64,000 nucleotides of DNA from the human T2T-CHM13v2.0 reference genome, Homo sapiens: the NCBI RefSeq assembly GCF_009914755.1, contig NC_060925.1. One strand, written 5' to 3'. This document shows, piece by piece, positions 1-15,032 of this stretch (position 1 is the stretch's first letter; every line of letters starts with the position of its first letter). A program made the position numbers and the translations under genes. The notes beneath the pieces were generated by a model. That model ran no database searches. It saw only the letters and a program-made list of their open reading frames with translations, and had not been told where the DNA came from.

Positions 1-300
1 GTTTGGGAGGCCAAGACCAGATGGGGTTAGTGACCGGCGTCTGCTGTGGGGATACGTATTGGTGGCGTACATATATTTTTAAATGTATGATGAAGTTATC
101 AACTATAATCACCCTGTTGTGCAGTCAGATAGTTTGTCTTATTGTGGGACTGAGTCCTTAACCTAAGGGGTCGATACCAACTCCAGGAAGTTAGCATCAG
201 AATTGAGTTAAACTGTAACACATGCAGTGTTCACCAAGACTTGAAGGACTGGTGGGTGTGGGATAACCCTCCTCCCTTTGGTGTCAGAAGTGTGAGTGTA
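1..300. mobile_element. MER21-like LTR fragment (ERVL class)
   Basis: tgtgggactgagtccttaacc...tcagaattgagttaaact...tttggtgtcagaagtgtgagt resembles the MER21 consensus. Confidence 0.6.
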
Positions 301-509
301 GTGATAACAGAGTGGCCCTTGGGTGCCACTTCACTGTGACCCTCGGGTACCCTCCTGTTCTCATTTCCAACTCTGACCTTAATAGCCACCCCCACTCAGG
401 CAACATCCCACAAGTTGTCCACACGCTATCCCCAACCATATGCCTAGAGTCTCAAATGTGACAACCCAGCACTTCTGCTGACAGAGTAGAATGTATGAAA
501 TCTGGATAT

Positions 510-730
510 GGATGGCTAATGGGTACATTAAAAAATAGAATTAATAAGACATGCTGCTCTTTGATTGTACAACACGGTTACTATAGTCCATAATAACTTA
601 ATTGTACATTTTAAAATAACTGAAAGAGTATAATTAGATTGTTTGTAACACAAAGGATAAGTACGTGAAGAGATGAATGCCCCATTTTCCATGATGTGAT
701 TCCTACTACGTACCCACAAAATTTTTTGAA
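510..730 (+). mobile_element. L1MA-type LINE-1 3' end fragment
   Basis: aataacttaattgtacattttaaaataact...attgtttgtaacacaaaggataa...ccccattttccatgatgtgatt, a typical L1MA 3'UTR. Confidence 0.75.
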
Positions 731-1618
731 AACTAAAAAGAAAGAAACTGAACATGATTCTGCTGGAATCCAAATGTCATCCACTGGATTCATAAAACAC
801 CACCACACATCTCTACATAGAAAAACAAGGACAAGGCCAAGAGTTGGAAATTCAGGAACTCTACCCACCCCATCCCCTTCCCTTTGGGTTCAGTGTAGGC
901 ACATCCTGTCTCTCAAGGGCCATAATGAAAGTGTTGTCTCTGGCCATGACCTTCTATTATTTTTAAGTAGCTGTGGCTGAACAAAAGACAAATAAAAACT
1001 TTCTCTGCTTGACATTAAAAAAATTACTGGCATGTCATATGGTAATTCATTAAAGAATTCTCATTCATCAAAACAATTCATTTTTGTTGGAAGAGGCTGA
1101 ATAAGCAGTTTCTTGCTGATTTCACTGTGAGCCTCTCTGGCCACATGAGTCTCTGGTTCATATGCACTAATTTTATTCTCAAATATTAAGAGTTCTGGGG
1201 GGGCATATGTGGAATATTTTAAATCAAATGGTGCTATTTTACTTAGACACCTCCATATAAGCTCATTTCCCTCTTTATGTTTTTTCTTTTAAATTCTAAC
1301 ACCTAGAATTTGCATTCAGTCACTTTTTTAAAGATGGGAAAATACACACCAAATGGATTGATTTGAATCTGCTATTGAACTGTGTATAGGAAAATGGTCT
1401 CAGGGTAATTTTAAAACTTTTTTTTTATAATATCCTAACGTAGGGGGAATTATTCCAGAGTTTCCTGGATTTCTGAGCATAATTAACCCTTTGTAAATAT
1501 GTGCTTTTCAAAGTCCTTCATGATAAAGAAAACCCAGTTCATTTTTTTATGGTAGTTTTGTTTCCACACCACAGAAAGATAGTTTTTGGATTTCCCCAAA
1601 ATTTTTTTCTCAGAGATC

Positions 1619-1990
<372 letters not shown>

Positions 1991-2497
1991 TAAAAGACTC
2001 TTTTCCTTTTTTTAGCCTTTCACCTTCTTCCATGAGCCCAGTTTCCTTGGTGAAATCTGAAATCTTAATGCCTGTCCCTCTGACCTCTCCTTATTTTCTT
2101 TCTTCTCCTCCATAGAGCAGAGACTGTAAACTCAAAATGCTGAGGTCAGATAGGGTATTTTAAATGAGTAAATAGGTTGGGAATGACAGAAAGGAAGCAA
2201 AGAGTATATGGGAACTCTGGAAACCAGAGATACTAGACTAAGGAGAAGGTTGCCACCATTTAGCGCCAGCTAAGAGTCCCCATAAGAGATGATCAGCGGC
2301 AAGATTGCCAGAAGGTACACTTCCAAGAGAAACCAGAGATCTAGGTTTTAGTGTGAAATGTTGCAGTTTTAGAAATAGTCAATTATTTAAAAATTTTAAG
2401 ACCCAAAGCCTGTACACGTCCCACAGACACTAGAAATTCTTTTACTCATGATTGCTCCATGCTTTCACTAAAGTTACTTCCATTAAAATCTGATTAG

Positions 2498-2809
<312 letters not shown>

Positions 2810-3224
2810 TAGGCCATACTAATTCTTACTCTTCCCCTCACCTCCTTAGTAGTTGGGCCAGAGTTTTACAAGTTGCAGTAGTAACCTGGTAAGTATCTAA
2901 TGACGAGGGTCCTGCTTCTCCCCTGCTGGTTATTTCAGGCACTGGGACCAGAGCTCTTCCTAGGAAAGAGTGAATTGGGACCAATTTCTCTTGGTGGAGC
3001 TTTGCCGCTGGCCTGTGGACAGAGACTGAGGAGGTAGTTGGTGGTCAGTAAAGAGGTGGTTCTGCCCTTCAGAGAGCCACCTGGATTCCGCGCTCCATCT
3101 GTCCACTTCCCCTTCTAATCACTTGGTACTTTTCCCTCCGCCCTTCTTAATCCAGCACCACTGCCACCATTGTCAACACCAGGAGAGGCTAGATGCAGGC
3201 TCATCCTGTGTACCCCATGTTACC

Positions 3225-3545
3225 CCCACACAGCACACACACGTAGACACACACAGACATACACACATCCACACAAAGACTCACATACACACATAGACAC
3301 ACACATATCCAGACATAGAGACACATTCACATACAAACAGAGACACATTCACACATATGGTGACACACACACCCACACACAGAAACATACATTCACTTAC
3401 ACACATACACACACAGACACACATAGACACATACACATCTGCATACATTCACACACACAGACACATAGATACATGCATCCACACATAGACACACAGGGAG
3501 ACACGCACACATCCACACACAAAAATATACACATCCACATCCAGA

Positions 3546-3583
<38 letters not shown>
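3225..3583. repeat. Degenerate (CA)n-rich microsatellite ending in pure (CA)n
   Basis: ~360 bp of cacaca/gacaca/tacaca units; it explains the His/Thr-rich ORF 3170..3601. Confidence 0.95.
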
Positions 3584-3587
<4 letters not shown>

Positions 3588-3990
3588 CTGTCATGCCCTG
3601 ATTTGTTTTCTTCTCAGCTGCTCTTGATGTTCATTTTTATTTGATTTAACCACAAAAAATGTGGTGTGTCTGGGATTTCCAATGCTGTGAACAGGACTGA
3701 AGAAGTGGCATGTGCTCAGTTAGATCATCCTCCAATTGGTCCACAAGTGTGTGTAATCGGGAGTTAATAGTGTTGAATTACACCTTGCTTTTTGATAGTA
3801 CTTAAGTTTTTTAAACATTTTTGCAGTTATCATTTCATTTTAAATTTTACAAATAAACCCTGTGGCTCCAGTAGTGAAATATTGTCCCTTTTTTAACAGA
3901 TTTGAAGACTTGTCAGTAAGGCTCAGAGGTTTGCTTGATGACACTGGGTGATCAGACATATGAGCGTCTCCAAAGACATCTGGACATCAA

Positions 3991-4280
3991 TTTTTTTTTT
4001 TCAGACGGAGTCTCGCTCTGTCACCCAGGCTGGAGTGCAATGGTGTGATCTTGGCTCACTGCAACCTCCACCTCCCAGGTTCAAGCAATTCTCTGCCTCA
4101 GCCTCCCGAGTAGCTGGGACTAAAGGTGCATGCCACTATGCCCGGCTAATTTTTGTATTTTTAGTAGAGATGGGGTTTCACCATCTTGGCCAGGCTGGTC
4201 TTGAACTCCTGACTTCGTGATCCACCTGCCTCGGCCTCCCAAAGTGCTGGGATTACAGGCGTGAGCCACTGCGCCCGGCC
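3991..4280 (-). mobile_element. Alu (AluS-type)
   Basis: Alu consensus; TSD acatcaa. Confidence 0.95.
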
Positions 4281-4869
4281 ACATCAAATATTAAAGTATG
4301 GCAAGGGATGACATGGATTTTCACTGAATTGTGTGAGTGGTTTTATTTTTCCTATGATTTTATTTTATTTTTTAACAAAAGTGATTCGTCACCAATGGTA
4401 ACTACACAGGTGATTGAATATTTATAGTGTAGTTGACTATGGTGTCCCAGTTTTTGGTTTTGTTAATTTGATCACTGTATTTATGATGCCACTCAGCCAA
4501 TTAGTAGGAGATCAAAGACCAGTTTTCATTTTCTGACTATGATGATCTGTTTGGTTTTTTTCTAATTAGATTGGGTCAAGCAGTTCAGAAAGAAGGGTGA
4601 ATGTAGAGTTTTCATGCAATGTTCTTGTTTGTGTATACCTTGCTAAAAAATTTTAAAGCATTACCCTACTAACTTATTGCAAACTTATGATCTAGCAAAC
4701 TCTTCTTTGGGGGAAGCTATATCAATTGGGAATTTTCTGTCTACAAAAACCTGAAAACCCAACTGACTATAACTGTAAAAAAAAATAGTATCTCTCCCAA
4801 CAGCCAAACTTGGAAGAATTTTAACAACAAAATAAGTAGTATTGGATTGCAACATAAAGTATAAAATAA

Positions 4870-5625
4870 ATATCCATGAATCCATACTGATATAAATAAA
4901 TGATTGCATAAATAAGTCAATAAATCGGGGAGAAAAGACAAATCCTTGCAGAAGAATTCCAAATAATTTATGTAAATACCCTGCCCTCAAGGAGGTGGAC
5001 CACGCTTCCCGCTCCTTCAGGTTGGGCTGCCCATAGTGACTTCTATCTCAAGAATACAGTATAGAGAGGGGTGGGGGGAAGAGTAAATTGATAGTGGAGA
5101 AACCTCACAAACACTACCCCAGGCAGGAGGTCAAGGTCAGTATCAGCAGTGATAAATCATGTTGAAAGTGTGTACCCTTGATATGTGATGAAAATGGCAC
5201 TTTACCTCTGTGGTCTTCCTCCTCCAAACCCCATAACCCCGGTATAATTGTGAGAGAAACATCAGACAAATCCCAATAGAGAGGTATCCTACAAAATACA
5301 TCACCGTTACTCCTCAACTGTCAAGGTAAATCTGAGAAGCTATCGCAACCCAGAGTAGCCTAAGGTATCATGACAACTAAATGTAATGTGGTGTTCTGGG
5401 TGGGATCCTGGAATGGAACGTTAGGCAAAGCTAAGGATATCTGAATACACTCTGGGCCTTAGTTAGTAATAATATATCCAGTATATTGGTACATTTGTTA
5501 ATTGTAACAAATGTACCATACTAATGCAAGATGTTAACAATAGGGAATCTGGGTGAGGGATACATGGGAACTTGCTATACATCTTCTCGATTTTTCTGTA
5601 TATCTAAAACTGTTCTTAAAAAAAA
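4870..5625 (+). mobile_element. L1MC/L1MD-type LINE-1 3' region
   Basis: gaaaatggcactttacctctgtggtcttcctc, aacatcagacaaatcccaa, acaactaaatgtaatgtgg, aaatgtaccatactaatg. Confidence 0.8.
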
Positions 5626-5631
5626 GTGAAA

Positions 5632-5936
5632 TTTTTTTTTTTTTTTTGAGACAAGATCCCACTCTATCACCCAGGCTGGAGTGCAGTGGCAGGATCATGG
5701 CTCACTGTAGCCTTGAACTCCTGGGCTCAAGTGATCCTCCCACCTCAGCCTCTTGAGAAGTTGGGACTACAGGTGTGCATCACCACGTCTGGCTAATTTT
5801 TTAATTTTTAAAATGTTTTGTAGAGGTGAGGTCTTGCTATGTTGCCCGGGCTGGTCTCGAACTCCTGGGCTCAAGCAATCCTTCTACCTCAGCCTCCCAA
5901 AGTGCTGGGGTTACAGGTGTGAACCACCATGCCCAG
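5632..5936 (-). mobile_element. Alu (AluJ-type)
   Basis: Alu consensus with J-like ctcctgggctcaagtgatcctcc. Confidence 0.92.
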
Positions 5937-7683
5937 ACAAATGTAGTTTTAAAAAAGTCTTATTTTACCTAAAAGAGAATACTCACAGGACATGGCCAGA
6001 GTCAGTTGATTAAGCAGAGAAGCAATCCTGGAAGCTCAGGTGCTTTCCGCCTGCCTGCTCTGCTCACCTGATGTGGGCTGATCTCAGTTAGTGGGTCTCA
6101 TGGTTGTAACAGAACCACTGCACTTACCAGGACACAGGCAGGCACAACAACATCCGACAGGAGGCAGAAACCATTTTTCATTATGTTTCTTTGTAAGTGT
6201 GAAGGTCCTTCCCCTAGAAGGCCCCAGGAGGTCTCCCCTCGAGACCGCTGGATAGAACCGGTGCCGTATCTGCTCCTGAACCATCACTGACAAGGGAATA
6301 AGATGACCCCAGCATCTGACAGGAACAGGAGTTCCCTTGGGTCTCATAGTGGGGACATCTGAACCAACTGGGCTCTTCCAGCCCCTAAGAAGGGGCTGAG
6401 GAACTGGCCACGCTGCTGTGCAAGCTGAAGCAAAGCAAATGACCTTCCTACTTGGAAGGGTTGTGGTTGTATCTGCTTCCCCAGGTTGGACACACCACTC
6501 CAGTCCCTGTTAAACCCCATCCTCTTTGTGTGTCCATTTCTCCAACTTGTGTGAGTCTTTTTGAAGGTTAATGCTTAGATATTCTATATTAAGCTGCGGG
6601 CATATTCTTTTTCTCTTTTCTTTCCAGTGGTTGCCTAATGGCTTTGCTACTCACTGTAACTCTTCCCATCTCTCAACATGAATAGAGAAAGCTGCTTGGC
6701 TCAGTTCCCTGCTTTGGGTTAGTTTGGAGGCACTTATTTGCAGTGCTCTCATATCTGTGCTCTATTTTCAGGGCTCATATGGAGCTCTGCTAAGGAAAGT
6801 CATTTCCCCCCTGCTTTTCATCAGAAAAGTGTAGATGACAAGTGCCTATATAACAGACCCTTCATCAGAGTCCTAAACATTTTTCCAGTGCTCCAGCCCT
6901 ATTATGCTACTGCATTCTGTCACTCTCACTCTCTCTAAATGGTAATATATGTTATTAAGATGCTAGATTTTCTACTTGCAGTAATGTGGTTTCTAGTAGG
7001 TTATGGAATAATTTTTGTAAATAATTATGATCAGTAATCTGGGTCCCACAGTCTTGTTTTCAGAGGCAGGAGAGGAGAAAATCCTTCAAAATAAAATAGG
7101 TAAACCTTTTATATCTTCAAGTGAGAATAAACATTGACAGTAACCACAGTTGCTTTTTTTCCTAAAACCAAGAAAAGGAAAAAAAAAGAACGAAAAAAGA
7201 AAGAAAGAAAAACAAGTGAGAATAAGAGTGAACTAAAGATCTAGATTCTACAAATGTACTTGTCAGAGAGTGGTGAGTCCTATGGTAAAATAAATCCAAC
7301 AGGTTTGGAAGCCTGGCTACACTCCTGAGAAGGGGTATATCAAGGAGACTTTGTTCAAGAAGCAAAACCAAACAAAAACAGAGGAAGAGACTTAAAACCA
7401 CATTATTTCCTGGCGAAGAGTGTAAGCTGAATTGGGGGAAGGAATATGGACTCAAGACAACCCCTGGGGGAAAATTGGTGCTTCCTCCCAGCCCCCACAC
7501 TGCTTACTTCTTCCCTTTATCTGCCAATGTAGATAATAAGCCAACAATAAAACAAGCAAAGAAACCGCTATCTAATGATCATTTCAGAGCCTTCTATGCC
7601 TCTTTTTCTCACCCAAATCTCTAGAGAGGCGATGGTGTGGACATGAGTTTTATAATAGCTGATGAACTTGTTCTGGGAGGAGT

Positions 7684-7816
7684 GTATGTGTGCAAGTGTG
7701 TGTGTGTGTGTGTGTTGTGCTTGTGCACACATTCATGCATGCATATGTGTGTGTGCCTGTGTGCATGTGTGCCTGTGTGTGTGGCTGAAGAGAGGAGAGA
7801 GAGACACAGAGAGAGA
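7684..7816. repeat. (TG)n/(GA)n compound microsatellite
   Basis: Seen directly in the sequence. Confidence 0.9.
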
Positions 7817-10386
7817 AACTATGGGGGCACCTGTACTTGTCTGATTTGAAAGGATAATGTTTTGAGCCAAAGTGATTTAATCTCTACCTCATCTAGAAGC
7901 TGCTTTAGAACCACAGAAGCCTGGATCATCTCTACAAAGGGTGCAAGATGAAGGTGTTAGGACAACTTAAAGAGACGGGAGGTGCTAGGAATCGGCAGGT
8001 GCCTGATTGCCAAGGTGAGGCTTGAGAATCCTGCTCTCCCCTCAGTCTCTCCCAAGTATTGTTCTTCAGATGCTCCCTAAGGCCCTTCTTGTATGGAAAT
8101 GTGTCTCAGATCTATCACCCGGTGTAAGACAGTTAGTGCCAGGGGGCAGGTCTAAGTGTGCCTACTCTGAAATGGACTTTGGGAATTAGATCATCCACAA
8201 TCCCCTGGCATAGTTAGTGGGCAGTTATTAACATTCGCCAGTGATGAATTGAGGTGTCCTCAGGTGCTTGAGTTTAGGGTATGGAGAGGAATAGTAATGA
8301 AAAGTACAGTGACATCAGATAGCTCTTTCTGAGTGACACCAACACACTGGAGAAAGACAATGAAAGGCTGCGAGTGAATAACCACTAATTTAAGGCAAAG
8401 TGTGAGAGTTGGAGGACCTCCTTGGCAGCACATGAAGAGTTCCCCATCTCCTGAAGTCAGAGGCAAATAATAAGAATAAATAAATTGAGGATCATGCCTA
8501 GGACTCAATTATAAGGTTAGTGGAGCTCCAGAGAAGATGGGATCCTCAATCCCAGCAAATTCTCCACCCAAATCATGGCCCTGGTTGGGAAGAAGTGGGA
8601 CTCTGAGCCTTGGGATGGGGATATCTGGGTTGATCACTCTTGCGTGAGCCCTGAAAAGCTGGGTTCTCCGCAGTCCTCGGGCCTGCAGAAGTGGCCCACT
8701 CCTCCCTGTTAGAGGCTAGCACCCCCACCCCCACTTCCATGAGAATGATGAGGAGGTCTTCACCTTGCAAGGCAACACATGCCCCTCTCCACCTCAGGAT
8801 CTGCCCCAACATCCACTCCCTGTCAGATCAACCACTAGGACCAAGTCAGAGCATAACCTGGTTGGGGAAATGTTGGGCCTGGTGAGGGAAGAAGGGAACT
8901 ATATGTTGAAGAATCTGTAGGAACTAGCAAACATACAACAGCAAAAGTTGGGAACGTATGTATGGGGCTGGGTCCTGAAAGTGCTAGATCAAGAGGGAAA
9001 GGATTATAAAGTCGGACAAGGGAGTTTGTTGATATGGGAAGTCTCTCCCATGCTATAGAATTATACATCCTGGCAAGGACCTGGGAGATTATACTCTGGG
9101 AATACACTGTTAGGTTGGTACTCAGAAGTATAGCAAGAGTGATGAGCTACCAGGACTACTAGAACTTCTGTGGAAAATGATGGAGGAAGAGATCGAAAGG
9201 CTCAGATAAGTGGGCATGCTAGACTGGGAATACTATTCAATCCAGAAAATCTACCAGCTGACTATATTACATGAGAGGCCTCTGATCATGCTACAGAAAG
9301 TGAGAGAAATCCCATGAGGATCCTGATCCACATGTGTGTGTGCCTGAGTGCATTTGTGCATGTGTATCTGTGTGTGTAGCTGAAGAGAGGAGAGAGAGAC
9401 ACACAGAGAGAAACTATGGGGGCACCTGTACTTCTCTGATTTGTCAACGAATATATAGGGATCCAGTACTCTAAGGGATCCTAAAACATCCCCTCCAAAG
9501 CAATATGGAATCTATTGATAAAAGGGGCTTCTGATATGGTGGAGAAGCTCACTATTGGTTGTCCTCTGCAGGCAGGGACTGATGGTGGGAGATGTTGTTA
9601 CAGAACTGGGCTTCCTGATAGCAATGAGGATGAAAAGATTCCAAAACAATAGATTTAACCAGCAGAATCAAGGTGGGTACAATTATTATAATGGGCATCT
9701 AGGATAGAGTTGGGAAGGGGTGCTCTGCAGAGAGCTATGGTAATGGTTAATAGAGCTTGGTATTTCTAGGAGCAAGATAGATTGCAGCTGACAAGGGTAT
9801 TGCTCAATCTGTACCTCAAAAGAAATTAAGAATGAGTGATCAAGAGGCCAAGGGCGGCCATCCCATTAAAACATCATGATCCCTTATTAGTTTCTACATG
9901 TGCGCCAGTTTTCAGACCTGGAATCCATTAACTGAAGGATAACCTGGGTCCTTAGGAGGAAGGATCCTGTATCACCATAGCAACTGTATATGATGATGAT
10001 GATTTGCCCAATATTTCTCCAAAGGAACCTATAGCCTTTTACTGAGGTAATCATCTGGTTGGGGAAGAGGGATACTCGGACATGTTCAGGATTGTTGGAT
10101 GCAAGGTCTGTGTTCACATTAATACCTGAGGATCTGGAGCATCATCATGCTCCTCCTGTTAGAACAGGGTACATGAGCATCACGTGATTAATAAAGACCT
10201 GGACCTGGACTGATTCACAGTGGGTACCCTGGGTCTTCCAACCTACCAAATGGTAATTTTCTTAGTCTCAGTGAATCATCGGAATGGATATACTTGGTCT
10301 TTGGCAGAACCCCACATTGATTTCTTGGTTTGTGAGTTTGTGGAGTGATAACTACTGTAGTAGTGAAGGTTAAGTAGGAAAACTCT

Positions 10387-10697
10387 GGCCGGACACAGTG
10401 GCCCACGGCTGCTGTCCCAACACTTTGGAAGGCCAAGTGGGTGGATTGCTTGAGTTCAGGAGTTAGAGACCAGCCTGGGCAATGTGGTGAAACCCCATCT
10501 TTGCCAAAAAAAAGCTCCCCCAAAATTAGCTGGGCATGGTGGCATGCATCCATAGTCTCAGCTACTCAGGAGGCTGAGGTGGGAGGATCACTTGAGCCCA
10601 GGAGGTCAAGGCTGCAGTAAGCCATGATCATGCCACTGCACTCCAGTCTGGGTGACAGAGTGAGACCTTGTCTCAAAAAACAAACAAACAAACAAAA
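10387..10697 (+). mobile_element. Alu (AluJ-type) inserted in the ERV pol region
   Basis: Alu consensus, (CAAA)n tail, TSD aaaactct. Confidence 0.93.
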
Positions 10698-12477
10698 CTC
10701 TGAAACTGCCCCTCTACCCTGGCCAAAAGAGTAAATGAAAATGAAATCAATATTGCATCCTAGGGAGAATGGTAGAGATTAGTGCCACCCACAAAGACTT
10801 AAAGTGCCTAGGAGTAGTGGTTCTAATCATAGTACCCATTTAATTCACCAGTCTGGGCCCCACAAAGACCAGAAAGATTCTGGAGGATGTGAACTATGCA
10901 GACTCAAACTCAACCAAGTAATAGTTCCAAGTTCCAATTTCTGATGTTATTACAGACACAGTTTTGTTGTTGTAGTTGTTTTTGCTAGAACGTAGTAACA
11001 CATCCTCAGGTACATGGTGTGTGGCCTTGGTTTGACAAATGTGTTCTTTGCTATTCCTGTCAGAACAGAGTGCCAGAAGCAGGTTACATTCACATGGAGT
11101 GGATGACAGTATACATTTACCATCTCTCCCCAAACATATATCAACTCTTCTCCTTGCAATAATTTAGTCCAAAGGGAACTTGGACTGTCTGGACACTTGA
11201 AGAACATTACATTGGTCCACTAATTTGATGACGTCAAGTTAATAGGTTCACATTAACAAGATGTGGCAAGTAATTAGAGACCTGCTAACATATGTGCTTC
11301 AGAGGGTGTGAGAAAACCCCACAAACACTGAGGTGTCTATCATATCTATGAACATTTAGTAAAGAACAGTTGACTGCATTTCATATTTCCCCTCACTAAG
11401 AGGACAGCATATCACCTGGTAAGCCTCTTTGGGTTCTGAAGGTAGCATTTTCCTCCTTGGAAATATGACTTTGATACATTTTCCAAGTGACATAGAAGGC
11501 TGTCAGCTTTGAGTGGGGCCCAGAGCAAGAAAGGGCTCTGCGTCAGGTCTAGGTTGTGATGCAGGCAGCCCTGCTGCTTGAACCGTATGATCAGCAGACC
11601 TTCTGTTATTAGAAGTATCTGGGTGGGAAAATATGCCATGTGGAGTTTATGGCAAGCCCAATAGGAGATGCACAATGTAGACCCCTAGGGTTCTGGAGCA
11701 AGGCCATGCCATCTGCAGCAGAGAATTATATACCGTTTGAAAGAATAGCTCCTGGCGTGCTAATGGGCCTTGGTTGAAATGAACGTGGGACATCAGGTGA
11801 CCATGTGGCCAGACTGCCTGTGATGATGTGGGTTCTATTCAACCCATCAAGTCATAAGGTCAGGTGGGCCTAGGAGCAATCCGTCATAAGATAGAAGTAG
11901 CACATCCAGAATCGAGCATCAGCAGGGCAGGTGGACACAGGGGAGCTGGATAAGCAGGTGGCCCAGACCCTCCTGTCACCCACCCCTGCCACATAGCCCC
12001 TCTCATGCCATTCATATTTATGATGACCACCTGCATGACTGTGAGGGCTGCAGAGCCTCTTATTGATCAACTGATGGAGGAAGAAAAAGGCCAAGCTTAG
12101 TGTATGGAAGAGTCAGATTTGCTTGCGGGTGCAAGCCAAAAGTGAACAGTGACTGCATGCCGTCCCTCCTTTGAGTGTCCTTGAAAGACAGAGGGAGGGG
12201 AAAATCCTCTTCCCAATAGGAGGAGCTTTGGACTGTGTTATCATTCACTTTTGAGGAAAAAAAGTGACCTATAGAGAGATCCATGGGTGATGGAAAAGGC
12301 TAGGCCAGGGACCTGGGAGGAGCAAGAATGGGAATATCAGGGACAAGGACTCTGGGGAAGAGGCATGTGGATAGAACACTGGGCAGAGGCCTTGCATCCC
12401 CTTTTAATGCCTACCAGAGGGCATCTACTACAGGAGAAGCACCGAACAACCAAATAGAACACAAAACTAGTGGCCCA

Positions 12478-13365
12478 TGTATTGTACCTATGGGGACACA
12501 GTACCACATAATGGTCCCTGACTTAGGGTCCTAGAGGATGGTGTCCCAAGAATGCAGGGTTTCATCTTCAAGCCGGTAGCTAATCTGCTCCTTTAAAAGC
12601 CCATCTCATCTCTCCATCAGGCCAGCAGCTTCTAGGAGATATAATAAGTGACAGGATGAGCAGAGCCCACGGTCAAATGCTCCCTGCTGCAACTTCTTCG
12701 CTATAAAGCGACTCACTCGCCCATGTCAGCTAGCCTCTCTCATGGCCGCCTACGTGCTGGTACAGCTGGTGCATAAACATGGTGGCTGCTACCTCAGGGA
12801 TGGAGGGTCCGTGTGGGCTCAGCAGCATGGGCTGTCTCTCACTAAGGCTGACTTAGTCATTACTGCTTCTGAATGTCCAAACTGCAAGTCACTGAGACAA
12901 ATGCGCAGCCCAAGATGGAGCATCATCCCGCAGAGGGACCAAACGGCCACTTAGCAGGGAGTTGATTCCTTGCATCCTTTCCACTCCAGAAGAGGAAATG
13001 ATTTATCTTGATGAGAATTGATACATAGACCAGGTATGAGTTTAGTTTTCCTGCCTACAGGGCCTAAGCTACTATGTGAAGGCCCACAGAGTATTTGCTC
13101 CACTGACATGGGAGCCCGCATCACATGCATGGGACCAAGCAATCAACTTTACAGCAAAGGAGGTGCAGCAGGAGCATTGGACCATGGGCTCTGCTCCTCC
13201 TATCCCATATTCTATCTCCCAGAAGCTGCTGGCCTGGTGAAGAGATGAAACAGGCTTGTAAAGGATCGGTTCAGGCACTGGCTTGAAGATGATACTCTGC
13301 ATATCCTCCAGGACCGTAAGTCAGTGACCATTATATGGTACTGTGTCCCTGGTAGGTAGAATACA
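12478..13365. repeat. Inverted duplication, arms 12478-12708 and 13147-13365
   Basis: The arms align as reverse complements by eye (see findings). Confidence 0.9.
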
Positions 13366-13545
13366 CACATCTGGGAACCAAAACACAGAGGGAGGCACAG
13401 TCCTGCTCACCATCCCTCCCAGCGACCCGCTTAGGGAATCTGTGCCTCGCATCTCTTCTGCTCTGGGTTCTGTGGGGTCAGAGGGTTTGCTCTGAGAAGG
13501 GAATGCTTCAACCAGGGGGCAGAGCAAGAGTCCCATTAAACTTTA

Positions 13546-14199
<654 letters not shown>

Positions 14200-14620
14200 C
14201 TATTTATACAATGGGGCAGGAAACGATATGCCTGCTATGCATATTGTTTTGGTGTCTATTGGTGCCCCTTGGCAAACTGTGATGATAAACAGACAAGTGC
14301 AGTATGTACAGCCTGAAAGCACAGGTGACCAGGGTCCTAGGGATGAGGCTCAGCTCCACCCCACTCTGTAAGCCACCTGCATCAGCAGAGGTGCTAGCTG
14401 GAGGTGAGGGGAATATGGAATGGGTAGAGGTGGAGTGAGGGGATGGGTAGCAGTTATAGAGTCAAGACCAGCTATAGCTACAGGGACTATAGTTCCTCCC
14501 ACTAACCTTCCTTTTGAAGTTTCTCCAGGACAAGACAAAAAGAGAATCCTGAAGGCATGGTTCCCAGACGGGGTGAAATAGTTAATACAGAGTAAGTAGA
14601 TTCAAGCATATGAGAGTGGA

Positions 14621-15032
14621 TGTGGCAACTTACAGTCCAGATCCCTGCTCAGGACCCAGGCACCATTTCCCCAGCCTTTGGGAGGGTTTGCAGTCAGCTC
14701 ATAGATGTCCCCCAGCCAAAGGGAACTCCCCACCCAAGCCTGCACCCCTCCCCAGTGGCATGTCCAATGCCTGATGGATGCAGGGGTGAAAAGACTCAGC
14801 CCCAATGTCTCAATTCCATCCAACACTGAAGGGACATCCCAGCTCCGGAGCACCCCGTGTGGTTGGCTGAGGCCCCTGCTGCAGGTGCACCAGAAGTCAA
14901 CGTCTCTTTCCACCCACTCTTGTGCCCTAACTCCGTCACAGGTGTGACTCACCAACACGCCTCACTTAAGTGTGCTGCGGGCTCATCTCTGAATCCACAG
15001 AGTCTGGTTTCAGGGAACTTTAACCTAAGACA
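14621..15032 (+). mobile_element. 3' LTR (LTR16-like) of the ERVL provirus
   Basis: TG...CA termini; ends cagagtctggtttcagggaactttaacctaagaca; internal ccagctcc..ggttggctgaggcc motif. Confidence 0.75.

Noticed and set aside
3170-3601. 143-aa His/Thr-rich ORF
   Set aside because: Translation of a (CA)n-derived repeat.
10800-13300. Possible domesticated RT or integrase gene
   Set aside because: Stops and frameshifts throughout, the catalytic YxDD Tyr is a stop, and Alu insertions and an inversion disrupt it.
13509-13522. CTCF-like CAACCAGGGGGCAG (and a similar site at ~8136)
   Set aside because: Mismatch at a highly conserved C of the core; cannot be supported without ChIP data.
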